Part shown: positions 13,311-29,090 of the stretch, one piece after another | Layout of the letters: every line of letters starts with the position of its first letter | How positions within the stretch are numbered: the first letter of the stretch is position 1 | Source: Podarcis gaigeae | Lineage: Eukaryota | Assembly (NCBI GenBank): GCA_964106915.2 | Contig: OZ066916.1 | Length of the DNA stretch: 64,000 nucleotides | Reading direction: 5' to 3' (one strand) | Notes under the pieces: generated by a model | The model's database searches: none | Told to the model about the DNA's origin: nothing | Seen by the model: only the letters and a program-made list of their open reading frames with translations | Position numbers and translations under genes: made by a program

Positions 13311-13445
13311 TAGTGACATTTGTTTTAAATGTTTCTTATTTTATCACCTTACATTTTTTGAAATTGGATTTGTGTGGTTTTAGCCATACTTTATATATAG
13401 TTGTGCACCACTTGAATGTATATATCTTTAGCAAGTGGACTACAA

Positions 13446-14100
13446 CAGGGTGAATAAAAATCAATGATTTTTTTTAAAAAATAAATAAAATCTTTCCTTT
13501 TTTTTTACTTAAATTTGATTTTTTTGATTTAAATTGGATTTTTAAAATAAAATGCTTTTGGAGGAAAAATCTTTCTAAAGATAGTTTTCTGTTTAAGTTA
13601 CATTATAGTCCAAAGGTTATTCATCAGGAAATAAGGATTTGTTTTAAGTTTTTCATGTGTGCTAAAACTCAGTCTAAGTTTAACACTGTTTAACCACATC
13701 AGTTAACAATCATGGATACATATGCTATAATATTATTTTAGTTAAATAAATTGTTTAAATTGTTATTAAGGAAATGATCATTTTTCTCCTTCCAATAAAG
13801 TACAGCAGCAAAGTTGTCCAAATATAAACACTTAACTTATTAAACCTCGCAATAATTTCATAATTATCTGTCTATGTATTTCTAATAGTATAACCAAATC
13901 AGTATTTTTTTATATAACTGTAAAAACTACTCTGAAAATTTATTGTTCCAAAAATGAAACCTTCATCTGGTTGTAAATATTAAGATTATACCAGCAAGAA
14001 TGAGTCTTTCTGTATAAAACAAAATGATTAAATCAAGTCTTACTGACTAGTGATTTAAATCGTGATTCAAACCAACTTGATTTAAATCAAATCCACCCTG
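13446..14100. mobile_element. Non-autonomous hAT-type DNA transposon (655 bp, AT-rich)
   Basis: Termini CAGGGTG...CACCCTG, subterminal GATTTAAATC-type repeats, 8-bp TSD GACTACAA/GTCTACAA. Confidence 0.75.
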
Positions 14101-15713
14101 GTCTACAATGTTAACAAATATATACAGCTCATACTGCCCATCAGCCTCAGCCAGCATGACCAATGGGCACTAGGTTTGGGAAGGCTGTTCAGGAATACTG
14201 TATACTCTTCACACAGATACTGTTCTATAGAACTACGAAAGATGTTCCGCAGCACATCACTCTGGAACTAAGGAGACAATTTTCAGAAAGTCTTGCTCCT
14301 ATTTACTCAGAGTACTTTTACTCCAAAGTATGTTGGAGGCTGCATTTCTGTACACTTACCTGGGAGTAAGCCACACTGAACTCATTCGAACTTACCATAC
14401 TTTTGATTAGATGTGTATAGGATTGTGCTTCTATGTTGGCTCCTAAGGAAACTCTTCCCAGATCTATGAGACTGGTGGACTTTTAACTTAGTTGCTGTAT
14501 TTGTAAAGGGATGAGTGAAGAGGGGGAGGAGAAGCTTGATAAATAAAGCTACCCTCCCCCAGAAATCGCTCTGTTACTTCTGAATGCAATTGCTTTTTCG
14601 GATGTGCTGTGCAGAAATATCAGGGGACTGTGCAGGCAGTATGACAATTCACCGTCATCCTGTTTCAGAATACAAAAGGGAACATCTGCCAGTAATGAAG
14701 CCCAAGGCTACATGTAGGTGGAGGAAAGAGGGTCCCAGCTTAGGTCATTCACTGTTAATATCAGGATCATTTCCTCCTAAACCATTTTCTTCTAGGCAAA
14801 AAAAAAAAATCCCATGGGTCAGAATGTAAGCACTGTATAGTACTCGTGCAAAATCATGCCTTTGTGTAAACCAGACAGAGGTAATCCCACATTCTTGTGT
14901 TTTCTGATTTCTGTTGCGCTAGTACGGAGGCCCAAGAATGTCATTCCTTCATGAGCAACCTCATAGGGTCACATGCTGGTGGTAGGTGGTTCCACATGAA
15001 AAAAGCGGGTGGAGCAACAGAAGTGGTCGTGAGGAAAGGGGTGTGACCTGCACAGAGTCTCGAAGGCTGGATAGAGCAGACTGGGGGGTTGCATTTGGCC
15101 GCTGGTTCTTAGGTTCCTTACCCCTGTTCTAATGGAATGGAATGTCTGTGTGGGGAAGAAGAAGGCAAGATCCCCTACTTTTCTTTACAAGGAGCACAGT
15201 GTTTTGTAGAGTCTGTGTGAAGACATTCTGTTTACCAGAGTGAGAGCAGTCACTTGGTGCAGATGAACATTTTACCACACCTTCTGCTGCTCACCTGCGT
15301 TTAACCCTTCAACAAGATGAGGTGAACCTTCCTTTCCCTTTATCCTGATGATACAGAAGATCATGTTATCCTGCGGTGAGAAAGCTCACCCATAAGTTAG
15401 TTGAGTGACCTGGTTGAGCAAGAAGGTCTGTATTCCTGATCCTGCCCCACTGTAAGGCAGAACAGGAGCATTTAAATAAGTTTGGTACATGATGGATTTC
15501 CATGGTAAACAGGAAGTGTGAGTCACATAGAAATTTGGTAGATTCTTAATTGGGGGTCCATGTACCGCCCCCCGTTCAGTCTGACCTGTTTTCAAGGGTT
15601 TATTGAGAACTTGCTTTAAATTTTAAAATGAAAAAAATAAAATAAGGAGGACTTCCATTTTGAAATAGTGTAGTGATTTGAAATAGGTATGTGCCTATTG
15701 ATGACAGCTTTGA

Positions 15714-15968
<255 letters not shown>

Positions 15969-18354
15969 TAACGATATACCAGTAAGACTGGATGCATTAA
16001 AATACTTAGAGCTCTAATTAACTCTTTGTTGAGCAAAGTAAGAAAGGCTTCCCTGAAACCAGTCCTATTTAAGATTTGTTCTTGAGCATTGGGTGTTTAG
16101 GACTGGGATGGCACTTTCCCCACTCAGCTAATGTAATTTGGTATGGTCATGCACAGGTGTTTAACCTGTAGACATTCAGATGATGTGGGATTCCAGGTCT
16201 AACCATTTGCCATGTTGGAATGGGCTGTTGGGATTTGGAAGGCTACAGGTTAACTAGTCCTGTTTTAAGGGAATGTTGTTCAAGGTAATGTTTAAGGTAC
16301 AGTTGTTGTTATATTGTTAGAAACTAATTTACGGGTTGCCTTTCACTTAAGTTGCAATTTGTTTTATAGTACTATAATAAAAACAACCAAAAATATATTT
16401 AATAAGATTTATTCTTTATGGCATTACTTTGCCATATTCCTGTGTTTTGTACTTCATTATTTAGAAGCTGGTTACTTTTTCCATTATGTCTGTATTCTGT
16501 AGAGCAGGAGTGGGGAGAAAGGTAGATGAAGATCTACTGTTTGATCTCTTGAGTGATTCATAGTAGATCAACATGTGTTTCTGACTCCAAATTGTTTAAC
16601 AATAACAATGACAAAATGACTCTTCCCTCCACCCTAAGTTATACAGGTGAAACGAAGAAGGCCAGAGGAGGGGAGCATATTTTTGTGTAGAACAACTGAG
16701 TTCAACCCTAGTACTCATAGTTCTTTGACTGGTGGTTCTTGGAATTCTTTTAAAATGCAAGAGTAGATCCTGCAGGCATGATGTCTGCCCTCCCCTGCTG
16801 TAAAGCACCAAACAACATTTCCTGTTCCATTCCAATTGTTGTTTTCTCTCAAGAGTCTACACACCCACACACACTTTTTTTTAAGGCCTTGAGACTTTCT
16901 GCTGACCTGTCTCTCTCTCATGCATGCATCTAGACTTTTAGCATAGGTTCTCATCGTCATTTGGCCAGGTATGCTGCTTTGAAAGCGCCAGACCAGTCAG
17001 CCATAGATTGAGTCAGCAGTCTTACTTACATCTGAGCAATAGACAGGTCATTGAGAAACGTAAGCAAGAGACAGCAGAAATATATCTGTGGGAAAATATG
17101 TGGAGGCAAATCTTGTGGGAAAATGTGGGAGTGGGTGGGAAGGTTAGGTGCAATGATCTCCAAATTATAAAACACTTTCCCCCCCCCCCCAGCTCGTGTG
17201 GCACATGGCATGACATATTTAAGAATTAACAGAAGTGATCTATCCTTCCTTGACTAACAAATAATTTTTCCTCCCTGTAGTTAAATTTGAAATCATTTGG
17301 TTAAGAAGCCCTATGTGGGGAGATGGATCTGATGGTTGAGGGTCAGTAAGGGGTTTCTGCACACTCTCACTCATACCTCTCTATCTCCATCCAAGCAAGA
17401 AAAAGAAATTCTTTTTCCAGAGTTCAGTGTGGTGCTCACATATTTAAATGATGGCAAGAGTCCATCTGTGTTGGCTTTGTCTGTTTGTCGGGGCCTCCAT
17501 TGCCAAACTACTCACCAGGTGGCAAGGATGGTCTGGCTGTCATGCATCAGAGCTGGACTCAGCTGGACTTGTGCCATTTTATTTTCCCTGCGATCTATGA
17601 CAAATGGTAACGGATGGAATGTGTATAGCGTAGTGCGGTCAAGAGCTAAGCATCATTCTTCATTTAATGTTTTCTCTCTTTTGTAAAATTGTAATATAGC
17701 TTAAATTAAAAAAATCATTATCAGCTTAAATTAAAATTAAAATTAAATTAAATTAAAAATATCAGCTTAAATCAAAAAATCAATTAATGAAATAATTTCA
17801 AATGTAATGCCTTTTTCGGCTGATTGGTTTTAGAAGTTAACTGTAAAGGTGCTTTATAGCTAATCATGTGAAAAAGTAAGACTGGTTCCAGGTTGACTTC
17901 TAATAGATTGTTTCCCTAAATTTTGATGGGTAGATGGGAATCTTAAGAAAACAATATTATTTCTTTTTTAAAAATTGAGAATGAACAGTTAAGTATTCAA
18001 ATATAGAATTCTTTTTATATGCCTTTATTACAATGTGCCATCTCAAGAAAAATGTGTTTGCTTTCCCCCTGTGTTGTGATTGCATTTAAAACTTGTACCT
18101 GGTGATGCTATCTTGTTGAGTCTATGCAATATTCAGTAGCCTTTGACTGTTGTACTCTTTCTGTAATGGATTGCTGCACTTTAAGAATGCTGTGCTTCAA
18201 AGGCTAGGGAGCCCCAGCCGTCTACAAAGCTAAAACAATTTGAAATGTTAATGCCAGCTTTTATCTCCTACTGAACACAGAATTGCAAGAATTTGGTGGT
18301 CTGAGTAACTTCAAAGATTACAAACAAAAATCAATTAATTATGCACATGGATAG

Positions 18355-18663
<309 letters not shown>

Positions 18664-19598
18664 TGAGTGCAATGATTCTCTCGCCCCATCATCTTACCTG
18701 GTTGCCTCTTTGCCCTGTCTGCTGTGGAAGGTAATACCCTGCCTGGTATTACCAGCAGATGTTTTAGAAAAGCACCTGGCCTAGATGAATGTGCTTAAGT
18801 TTTCTAAGTAGTTCAAACTGGTTTTATGGGTTTGGCCCCTTAGCCAACTGCTTGACCCGCTTGTTTTCCCTCTAGAAATCAAGCTCTGGGTGCTATTTCA
18901 ATAATGTGCTAATTCATCTAATAGATGGCACTGATGAAATTTGGCTCTTTCATGCACCTGAACATCTAAGTGCATTGGCTGCCATATAGAACTGGGAATC
19001 CTAATTTTGATCCCATTGGCTCATTTCTCATTGGTTAGGCCTTATTATCCTTGGGCTTCTTGATCTTCTGCAGGTATTTGAGCACTAGCTGATATAAACC
19101 AAGACTTTTCTTCAGACAAAGTTTTGATTCAGTTCCTTAAAGAGAACTCTTTTTTTGATGGTAGTTGAGACGCATCGCTCAGGCTGAAATCTTTTTGCTT
19201 CAGGCCTCTTGCCTTGGAACAAAATCCTCACTGTACAAAAATATTCCAAAAATGTCTGTTGGAATTCTTTCTACCACCCTCACTTGGCCATTGCTTCAGG
19301 ATGTAGTAGGATGTGACTGATCTCGCAATGAAGTTGTTGCTCTGAGGGTAGAGTCTAGAACAATTGCTCCTGTGCAGAAGAAAATGTGTATCCAGATGAA
19401 CAAATTGGGCAGGTGGGGGGGGGGGGGGACCAGGAGCAGAAGCTTGCTGGCAGAAGGAAACACTGAATAGGTGCTGTGGCTGCTGAGGGAGGTTTGAAAA
19501 AAGCTGGAATTGACTATCCACATCCAGTTCAGCTGGAATTGACTATCCACATCTTCTCTGTGTGATTCCCAAATAGCTTTTTTTTTAAACTTTCGCAG

Positions 19599-19650
19599 AT
19601 CTAATCACATGTCTGGAGAGAGCAAACCACCACGTGGAGAATGAATTCAG
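19599..19650 (+). CDS. DCBLD1: DCBLD1 exon 4 (DLITCLERANHHVENEF, start of LCCL domain)
   Basis: CAG acceptor after T-tract, AG|GTAAAT donor, 52 nt, frame continuous with neighbours. Confidence 0.92.
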
Positions 19651-20313
19651 GTAAATATAGGTTTCGGTGGCAATACACTCTGGTTGTCATGTTGCATCTT
19701 GCAATTAACATACTTACAGCTGTAGCCGGATACAGTCCATGACCGTTTGTGCTGCGTTTGGAACCCTGTTGCCAACCACAGGAATGTGTTTTTCTGAAGA
19801 TACTCGGAGGTATCTAAATCTGTGATTATCTTCTTACATGGGAGAGGCAGTGAAGTCTTCCTTGGAGAGAGATTTTGCATTCCAGAGTAATTAAGGAATG
19901 CAGCTTCAGACCACTGAACAGCCGTTATCTGTAGCATAACCAGTAATGCCAAGGGAAATTAGGGCAGTGCTTTGGGTACTGAATACTCCTGTCTTGGGGG
20001 TGGTTGGGTTTTAAAGCTCTAAGCATCTTGCAGGATCAGGCTGGAGGATTGAAAGCTGATCCATGTCAGTTTAAATTGTTTCTCGGTTCTCTTGAATAAA
20101 TACCCTTTGCAGTAAGTTTAAAGAGTAATGGCATGTAAGCCAGTTGCTCAAGGTGTGAACAGATGTAGTTGTGCTGTGTTATCTTTCTTCAATTACTATT
20201 GTTCCCTGAACATGTAAAATGCTAGAAGGAACTAAGCAGAACAAAATTCATTTCCATTGCTGCTTATGTGGCTACCTGTGCCATTTGGAGCACACGAATA
20301 TGCTAGAATTTAG

Positions 20314-20520
<207 letters not shown>

Positions 20521-21494
20521 TAGCGCAGCCTTCCCAAACCTCCTGCCTTCCAGATGTTTTGAACTGCAACTCCCATCAACCCTGACTATTGGCCTGTCTA
20601 CCTGAGGCCGATGAGAGTTCTTATCCAAAACATTTGGTGGGCACCAGGCTAGCAAACACGGTCTACAGAAAGCTAGAGATGTGACAGCATTGCTTTCTGA
20701 AGAATTTTTTATTGCAGATAAGCACAACCTAAAAGTTTAATGCTGGGCTCAAAGACTAGTAGAACAACCAGTTGTGCACAGTGAAGGTTAGTGCATTTTG
20801 CTGAAGACAGGAACTGGGAGAAATGGTAAATTATTCTTAGATTACCTCAGTTCGTTGAAGATGTTGGCTAGAAAATCATTTATTCTACCACTGTGCAATC
20901 ATAATTACAAAGTATGGAATCGGAAAAGAATTGTGCATAAAAGTATTATGGTGGTCAGCTGTTTTGTTAGTGCTAACAGTGTTACAGATTACATGTGCAT
21001 ATGCATTTCATACGTGCACATTTCATGTGGGCTTGTAAACTCAGCCATTTATTTTTGTTCAGGTCACAGTATAATAGGTATAGTTCTTCAGGTACAACTT
21101 CTTATTGTTCAGTTTGCAAAATGGGCGTAACTGCTTTTTAATAGCAATAACCAAATTTAGGAACATTTCCCTCAGCCTTGCCCTGCATATAGTATGATAT
21201 CTTCAGCATGTTGTTTTATTTGTCTGCACATATGATATGGAAATGACACTCAGTTAATTATTCTCTGAGGAAGGATGTGTGTGGGAGGATTACTACACTG
21301 TAAAATATTAACCTTAGAATATATTTGTCCAACAAGTAGATTTCTCTTAAGTCTCTTCAGCATGTTTTCACATTTAATTTAGGTAATTTAGCATACAGAA
21401 AATTGCTACTTCCTTTTGCATTTTTGACTTGAATTTTTTTAGGGCACCACGTTTATTCGTTTTGTTTTATTGTGCTGACTGTGAGTTTGTTTGA

Positions 21495-21674
<180 letters not shown>

Positions 21675-22791
21675 TAAGTATTGGTTGTGTTCATGCATAA
21701 TGTGTGTACTAGTCAGCCATGATACACACAAGCCTTTTTCTTGCACACAGAGTCCCTTCACTCCTTCCTTTGTGTGAGTTGGAAACTCTTGTTAACCATT
21801 GTTTTGTTCGAACTATGTACTGAAATGGCCACGTTTGGAGCATCATATTTTCACTTAATCAGCCAAGATGTGAACAGGCATTGTGCATACAGCTGCTTTC
21901 ATCCTCCCTTCACATGAGTAGGCAAACAGACCAGGAACTCTTCCATTATCTATAATTTCCCTTTGGATCGAATTAGAAAAACAATGGGTGGTATCCACTT
22001 TAAGTGATCCATCAGCACAATGATACTTGCACGATCCATCCACTTACACGCTGACACTTCATTCCGCCTTCTCTCTTTGTGTACCCCATAAATCTGTTCT
22101 AGGGGCTACCCCAACCCTCCAGAGCAGATTCGGGGAAGATGTGGGCAAGGGGAGGGAGGAGAGGTGGGGGAGCTCAACTGCACAATTGATTTCATTTTAG
22201 GTACTGTTAATAGTGACAGGCACTATCTATTCTCTTTGGGTGTTTTGAGTTAATAAACTGAGAGCTGTTTAGATTTAAAGTGCACTGAGTTATGCAGGCT
22301 CATGATAAAATTGCAACTGTATCCTTGGTCCCCCCCCCCTTGATATTCATATGGCACCCAGAGTTCACATATTGTACTAAAAAGCTGCAAAAACATGTAA
22401 ATTGCATGTCCCCTTCCCACAGAAAATTATGGGACACATTCAAGCCAGAGTTCAATGTATTGAATCCTCGTTGATTTCAAGTGGGGAGTTAAGCACAAGT
22501 CAACTGCTTCTTGTTATACTGTACTTACATCCTGCTCTGTTTTGAGAAACCCCAGAGCAACTTAGATGGGGCTCCCTAATGGTCTGGTCATTGGTCGCCA
22601 GAGTTAGATGATCCCTGAACTGTATAGTACGACCAATCCCTGAACTGTATAGTACTTTAAAGTATTTATTTTGGTGCATCAAGTTATAGGATCAAAAGGC
22701 AGGGTAAGAATAAAGCAGAACTATTTCAGCTTAAAATTTCTTGTACATGAGTAGCTAATCAAAATGATAATGTCATCTCTTTTTCTTACAG

Positions 22792-22832
22792 TGGCTCTCT
22801 GTCAGATAAGCGGATTATTTTTAACTCAAATG
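22792..22832 (+). CDS. DCBLD1: DCBLD1 exon 7 (DGSLSDKRIIFNSN)
   Basis: TACAG acceptor, G|GTAAGG donor, 41 nt, restores phase between exons 6 and 8. Confidence 0.9.
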
Positions 22833-23276
22833 GTAAGGCTATTTTTTTTTTTCATTTTAAACATTATTAATGCATAATCCAGGAAAAACCAAAGCACTCT
22901 CCAATTAAAATAAATACAATTTGGGGCAAATACAATGAACTACTTTATTTTATTTGCTTGTTAATGAAGAATGTATATACCACTTACTTTATAGGAGATC
23001 TCCAAGTAGTTTACAAAGAACCTATCTAAAATATTCATTTAAAAATAATAATGATAAAAGCAAATGTTAAAAACAAGTTATTATAACATAGATCAAATTC
23101 TTTTGTTTACTGGAGTTAGGCTAGGGCTCATGGGTGGGTAGAGAAAGAAAGCATTTTCAGAAACTGTTAATGATATTTGGGGGGAAATTAATCAAGTCTT
23201 CTAGGTTGATGATTATAGTCATAGTTAATACCGTTATCTGAAAATACACTTTCCTCCCTTTTTTTCACTTTGGAAG

Positions 23277-23492
23277 GTTGCAATCAATCACTGAACCTAG
23301 AAGGACGAAATGCATCCGATGGCCAGATCACGGCGTCATCCTTCTGGGATGAAACCAATGACATTGGGGAGGTGGTTCCGTGGTCTCCTGTTAGGGCCTG
23401 GCTCAAAGTCCAAGGGCCTTCCTGGGCAGCAAACCAGAGCAACTCTCGGCAGTGGCTAGAAATTGACCTGGGAGAAAGGAGAAGAATAACAG
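23277..23492 (+). CDS. DCBLD1: DCBLD1 exon 8 (F5/8 type C/discoidin domain, QITASS...QWLEIDLG)
   Basis: AAG acceptor, G|GTCAGT donor, 216 nt phase 1-1; discoidin motifs ITASS and WLEIDLG. Confidence 0.95.
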
Positions 23493-25104
23493 GTCAGTTG
23501 TCTGTCATAGCAAGAGTACGTCTCTTAAGTTAGATTTAAGTTTAGTGTCATTCAGTTATCGGTTGTGACCCTATGCAGCTTGCTTACTGTTCTTGTAAGC
23601 TAGATTTCCTCAGGTTTTAAGTGAGGTTTCAAATGGTACACCGAGCAAGGGCTATTTACAAATGTAATGTATATATGTCTCGTAACACTGCAACAATAAC
23701 TTTCTGCCAAAAAACAACAACCACTAAGGGTTGTATCCAATGTTAATCCTACTTGGAGTAGACCTGTTGAAATTAATGGACATTGCTTACTTAGGACCAT
23801 GAATTGCAATGAGTCTACTCTGAGTAAAATGCAGGTACTTACAACATTGAGTTGTTAAAACTAGCAAAGACCAATTGAAATACACCCCACCCCCCGAAAG
23901 GCTTTTAGGCCAAATTTTACTGCCCACACAGCTGCAGTTCAGGAGCAATATGCCTTTCCAGTAACCAAATGGGAAATATTTTATGGTTCGATAAATTGCA
24001 GAAGGCCCAATGGGGCTGAGGTACTCTTCTTATCAACAGCTAATAAGCCTTTATCATTGAAATGCAGAAAGGAATTCCTCATACTTGCATCTTCTATCGT
24101 CTTTTTGGAATCTTGTCGTTGGTTATAATTGTGTTCTTCTAAAGCTTTTAGACAAACAAAACTAAATATATATGAATTCTTCTGGGTTGTTAATGAGGCT
24201 CCATTCTTTTCATATATCCCTCAATTTGATCTTATCAGGAGCACCTTAGATGTTTTCCCTTACGCCTGCCATACTATGCTGGAAGTCTAGGACTTGCTGT
24301 TCTTGTAAATAATAGCTTACGGCTGGGGGCAGGGGAGTAGGGCACCAATTGCTGCACCCAGATAACAGGTTGCACAACACTGGGTGAGAATTTATTTGCA
24401 GGGCCCTGATAAAGGACACTTAGTCCCATTCTGAAAATGGTTCTTTTGCCACTATTCACACAAAGAGCCATGCTTACACAAATGCAACCACATCTGCTCA
24501 TGCCCTGCCTTACACACTCTCACGTGTGCCCCACCATTTCCCATTGTTCCACATCTCACATCTTCTGCTGATACCCAACAACTAGGGACAACATTCACTG
24601 TTACCATGATTGGTGATGAGAGTGTAGTTCTATTCTGGATTTGATCAAACTATGCATTGTGTTTTTAATACATAAGCTTCAGGCTGCAGCTGTGCATGTG
24701 CTCTTTTCTTTTGTGCATAGGGGGTGACGTGGATTAGGATTAGGTTTAATCCTTTCCTCCCCAACTGTGATGCTCCCCAAGACTCCTCCTCCTTTCTCAA
24801 ACACACCTAATAACACCAATAGGGATTTTAAAGTTCCTTTTTTATTATCAGTAGCTGCTGAAAGAGGTATGAACCTTTTGGGGAGAGGGTGGCATGACTC
24901 TTTGTGCACTGCAGTCCTGTTTTGGATTGGGTTCCCTTTGCTTGCTTTTGAGTAAGAAAAACCACACACACAATTGCAGGATAAATGTTAAATGTAATTA
25001 TAATTGGTACCCCAATTTCAGATGAGCCACTGCACACTTGGATATGGGGACCCTTTCCACATTACAGAAACACTTGTGTAATTAGCTGGAGGCCTGGTTT
25101 TTTA

Positions 25105-25129
25105 TATTATTATTATTATTATTATTATT

Positions 25130-25161
<32 letters not shown>
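25105..25161. repeat. (TAT)n(CAT)n compound microsatellite
   Basis: Read directly. Confidence 0.95.
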
Positions 25162-25706
25162 TTGCTGAGATCCCACTCAGCAGCTTACCTGAATCTGATT
25201 CGCCCGTCACATGGGAGCTATTCAGTGGTCAAAGAGGGGTAGGATGTGGCCTCACTTCTACTCCAGCAGACCTATAACCATCCCACTTCTTCTATGGACA
25301 TAACTGAGGCTGACCTACCCACCCCGTTTACATTTTGCCCCATTTTTGCAACTGTTTCTTGAGTCCATGTTGCTTGCGTGCTTTTGCAGTTTTGCTGGAC
25401 AAATTGCCAATGCGAAAGGAGGGGAGAGCATGTATGTTCAAATATTAATTAGCTTTCATTATCGGTTTTGTAGATGGTGGTGTGCTCACTAGAGACACTT
25501 GCCTGTAAAAATGATTCCTGTGATCCAGAGCGTGTACAAGTGTGATGCTCCAGATGAGCTTCACAAGTGCAGGAGTGCCTTTCCCCTATTGCTATTGACA
25601 GTGGGAGAGCCCTAGCATGTACATCTGAGGATGCCTTTACAAATAATATAGTAGAAAGCGAAAGGTTTTCAGGTGGCGACATTTCTTAATTTTGCTGCAG
25701 ATATAA

Positions 25707-25952
<246 letters not shown>

Positions 25953-28224
25953 TAAAGGGCAAGGGGGAAATGGTGGTTGCCGGGGGGGGGTGTTCTCCTG
26001 CAGCCCAACTTCCATCTTTCATCCTTTGCAGGCAGCTGGAGCTACTGGATTGTTATACTCATATCTTGTTTACTCCAATGGGTTTTCAGCACCCTCATTG
26101 CACACGTTGTGCTGTCTAGGTTTAGTTGTGACTTGGGTAATTTGCCCTGTCCCTTACTTTCAGAAGGCTCCAGTCTAGTTTCGCCATGGAGAAATGATTT
26201 CATTTGAAAACATTTGTAAGGAAGCTAGAGATTCCTCTTCACTAGAGGAAGCTGGATGAGCAGTTTGGCAGGAAAAAAATATTATTTGGGCTATGAGAAG
26301 AAGCAGGACAGTGTACTAAAGTGCCCTCTTTGCCATTTTCTTTCTTTATAGGTACAGTAAAATATGCTTTTGCATATACATACCCCATACGGACAGAGCC
26401 TTCTTCCTTCTTCAAATTTCACTGTGGGGGAAGCAGATTGGATTGTTTTCAGGGAGACCTATATGTGATGCAACAGCTTCTTGCCCCTCAAATCTTAGAC
26501 TGTTATTTGCCCTCCAGTAGATAAGAATTTGTATTTTTAAAATCAAATCAAAAGGGCTGCTTGTATTGTGAGCTGATTTTGCATGTACTTTAACATTATT
26601 TGAGAACTATTTTCTGTGAAACTACTGCTTGTGGTGGAGCAGCTTTATTCAAAACTATGTTTATAACTTTTAAGTGTTAGAAATCTTCCATTTTATTTCC
26701 CCTTCTCCCCTTGTCTTGAAAGCAGGACTTTTCTGGTTTCTAGCACAAGGTTGTAATTGCACAAGGATCTGATAAGGTGTGGCAGGGATATATACAGAAT
26801 ATTAAGGCTGCAATCCTGAGCACACCGTACAATAAACTAAGGGCCATTGAAAGCAGTGGGAATTACTTCCAAGGTTTGCTCTGTGATGGTGCACGACAAA
26901 CATTTAAAGCACATCTGCCCCCACAAAGAATTCCAGGAACTGTAGTTTAAGGGTACTGGGAATTGTAGCTCTGTCAAGGTTAAACTACAGTTCCCATGAT
27001 TCTTTACAGGGGAGATGCATTTTAAATGTGGGATGTGTTTTCAAGTGCACATCTACATTCTTATGCCCTTTTTCAGCTCCATGAATCAGTCTAGAAGAGG
27101 CATGGACTCCTGCTCATTTGACCTACAATAGGAATTGGAGAAGCTCAGCCTTTATCAGCAGGAGATAAAGCCAACTCTCTGCAAGCAAACTCTCTGATAA
27201 AGTCTCAGTTTGCTTGCAGCTTAGTGAGAGAAACTTACTTTTTTGCCCCTAAATACAAAGGGCAAGTTAGAGATCAAATCTGGAGAAGTTATTATCTCCC
27301 ACCATCATATACTCGTTTTGGATATTTTTTTTTTTATTACTGAGTTAGCTGCATTGCACTACATGGGAAATCCATCTGCTGCACAGATACTTCAAAAGCG
27401 CTCTATTCCACATAGTTGAATAAAAGTATGGGCTATCAACATATGATTGTAATTCATATTAGGCCTTCTGTGAAACCTTATACAAAAAATTATAAAAAGA
27501 GAGGGTTTTTTAATGGTATTAATTTAAAAGAAGTAGTATGTTTATTTTGCTTTCCACTGGCAGTGCTGATTAGTACTGTCCTGTCAGAAGAAAATCTCAA
27601 GAACGCTTTGAGAAAAATAAAACGGCCATCTCCCCATCGCTCTGGCTTCTTTGGCAGTTTCTCCTTCCCTTGCAGATCCCCCCCCCCCCCGTGTGTCCCC
27701 ACCCCCACACAGTTCCAAAATTTCCCCTAACCCCCAGAAGTTGATCTTAGGGGAATGGGGAGACTGCAGGGGTGAGGAGGCATTTGCCAAAGATCACCTT
27801 GATCCTTGTTCTGCCGACAGAAGGCTCTGCTAGATCAAAGGGTCTTCTGTCCACGGGGGATTACCAGCTGGATACCATTCTTTGGTGGTGGTCACTTTTT
27901 AAATCTAAAATGAGAAATGTGCTGCTCTTCCAACCCCACAACACTGAAGTTTCCAATACTTAATTCCCGTTACTAGCAAAGTGGATGGGCCCATGCCAAC
28001 CAGCAGGGCTGTGAAGCAGGATCACCCACAACAGACAGGGCATGGGGTACCTGCACACTTGGAGAGACAGCGTGCAGGGCAAAAGGGTATTATTTTGCAC
28101 ACACCCATTCCACTGTTTGTGAAGTTGCAGGAGGACTTGTTGCAGGAATACAGTTTTAGAAACAGTAAAAGAGTGGCATTGATTAATGGTGTGTTGAGGA
28201 GAGGAAACAGGCACCAGTAATGGG

Positions 28225-28259
<35 letters not shown>

Positions 28260-28700
28260 GTGCTAGAATTGTACAGGGCCAAAGCCTTCCCTTCAGTTGT
28301 TCAGGCTGAGACTGGCTCTACTGGTTGAATTAAAGTGGTATAGTGCTGACTCCGCAGCTTGCTGTGCATCCAGCCTCAAACTCTGCCACAATCTGAAGGA
28401 GGAGGAAGAGTTAACTACTCCTTGCTGGCCTTGGACTGTTTGGAGTTGAGCCTGGTTGCGCAACTAGCTGCTCAGCTGGTCACAAACCCTCTTTTTACTG
28501 CTGTACTGCTCCAGTTTAGGACTGCCTACATATTGGAGGAAGAGCTTTAAACTCTGGAGGGTTGAGGTCTTTCCCCACCATCCCCCAGCGGATCAGCACA
28601 GGCTGCTGTTGATTTTTATCCTTTGTGATTTTAAGGGGAGAAGTTGTTCATTGGCTTTAAACCAAATAATATTGTGGTTCATTTTCCTTTCAAACGGCAG

Positions 28701-28848
28701 GTATTCAAAGCCAACTCTAATCATGGAGATATAGTCCGGAATAATTTCATTCCCCCCATAGTAGCCCGCTACGTGAGAATTATTCCACAGAGCTGGAACA
28801 AAAGAATAGCACTGAAGGTGGAACTTATTGGTTGTCGCATAAACCAAG
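28701..28848 (+). CDS. DCBLD1: DCBLD1 exon 10 (F5/8 C end, VFKANSN...PPIVARYVRIIPQSW...LKVELIGC)
   Basis: CAG acceptor, G|GTAAGC donor, 148 nt; classic discoidin C-terminal motif. Confidence 0.96.
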
Positions 28849-28925
28849 GTAAGCCATTTTACCATTCGGGGGGCGGGGAGAGGTTTGTTTGGCAGCAGGA
28901 TCTGAATGCCCTTCAAATGTTTTGA

Positions 28926-29090
<165 letters not shown>

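Noticed and set aside
24985-25242. ORF with poly-Tyr/poly-His
   Set aside because: Translation of the (TAT)n(CAT)n microsatellite.
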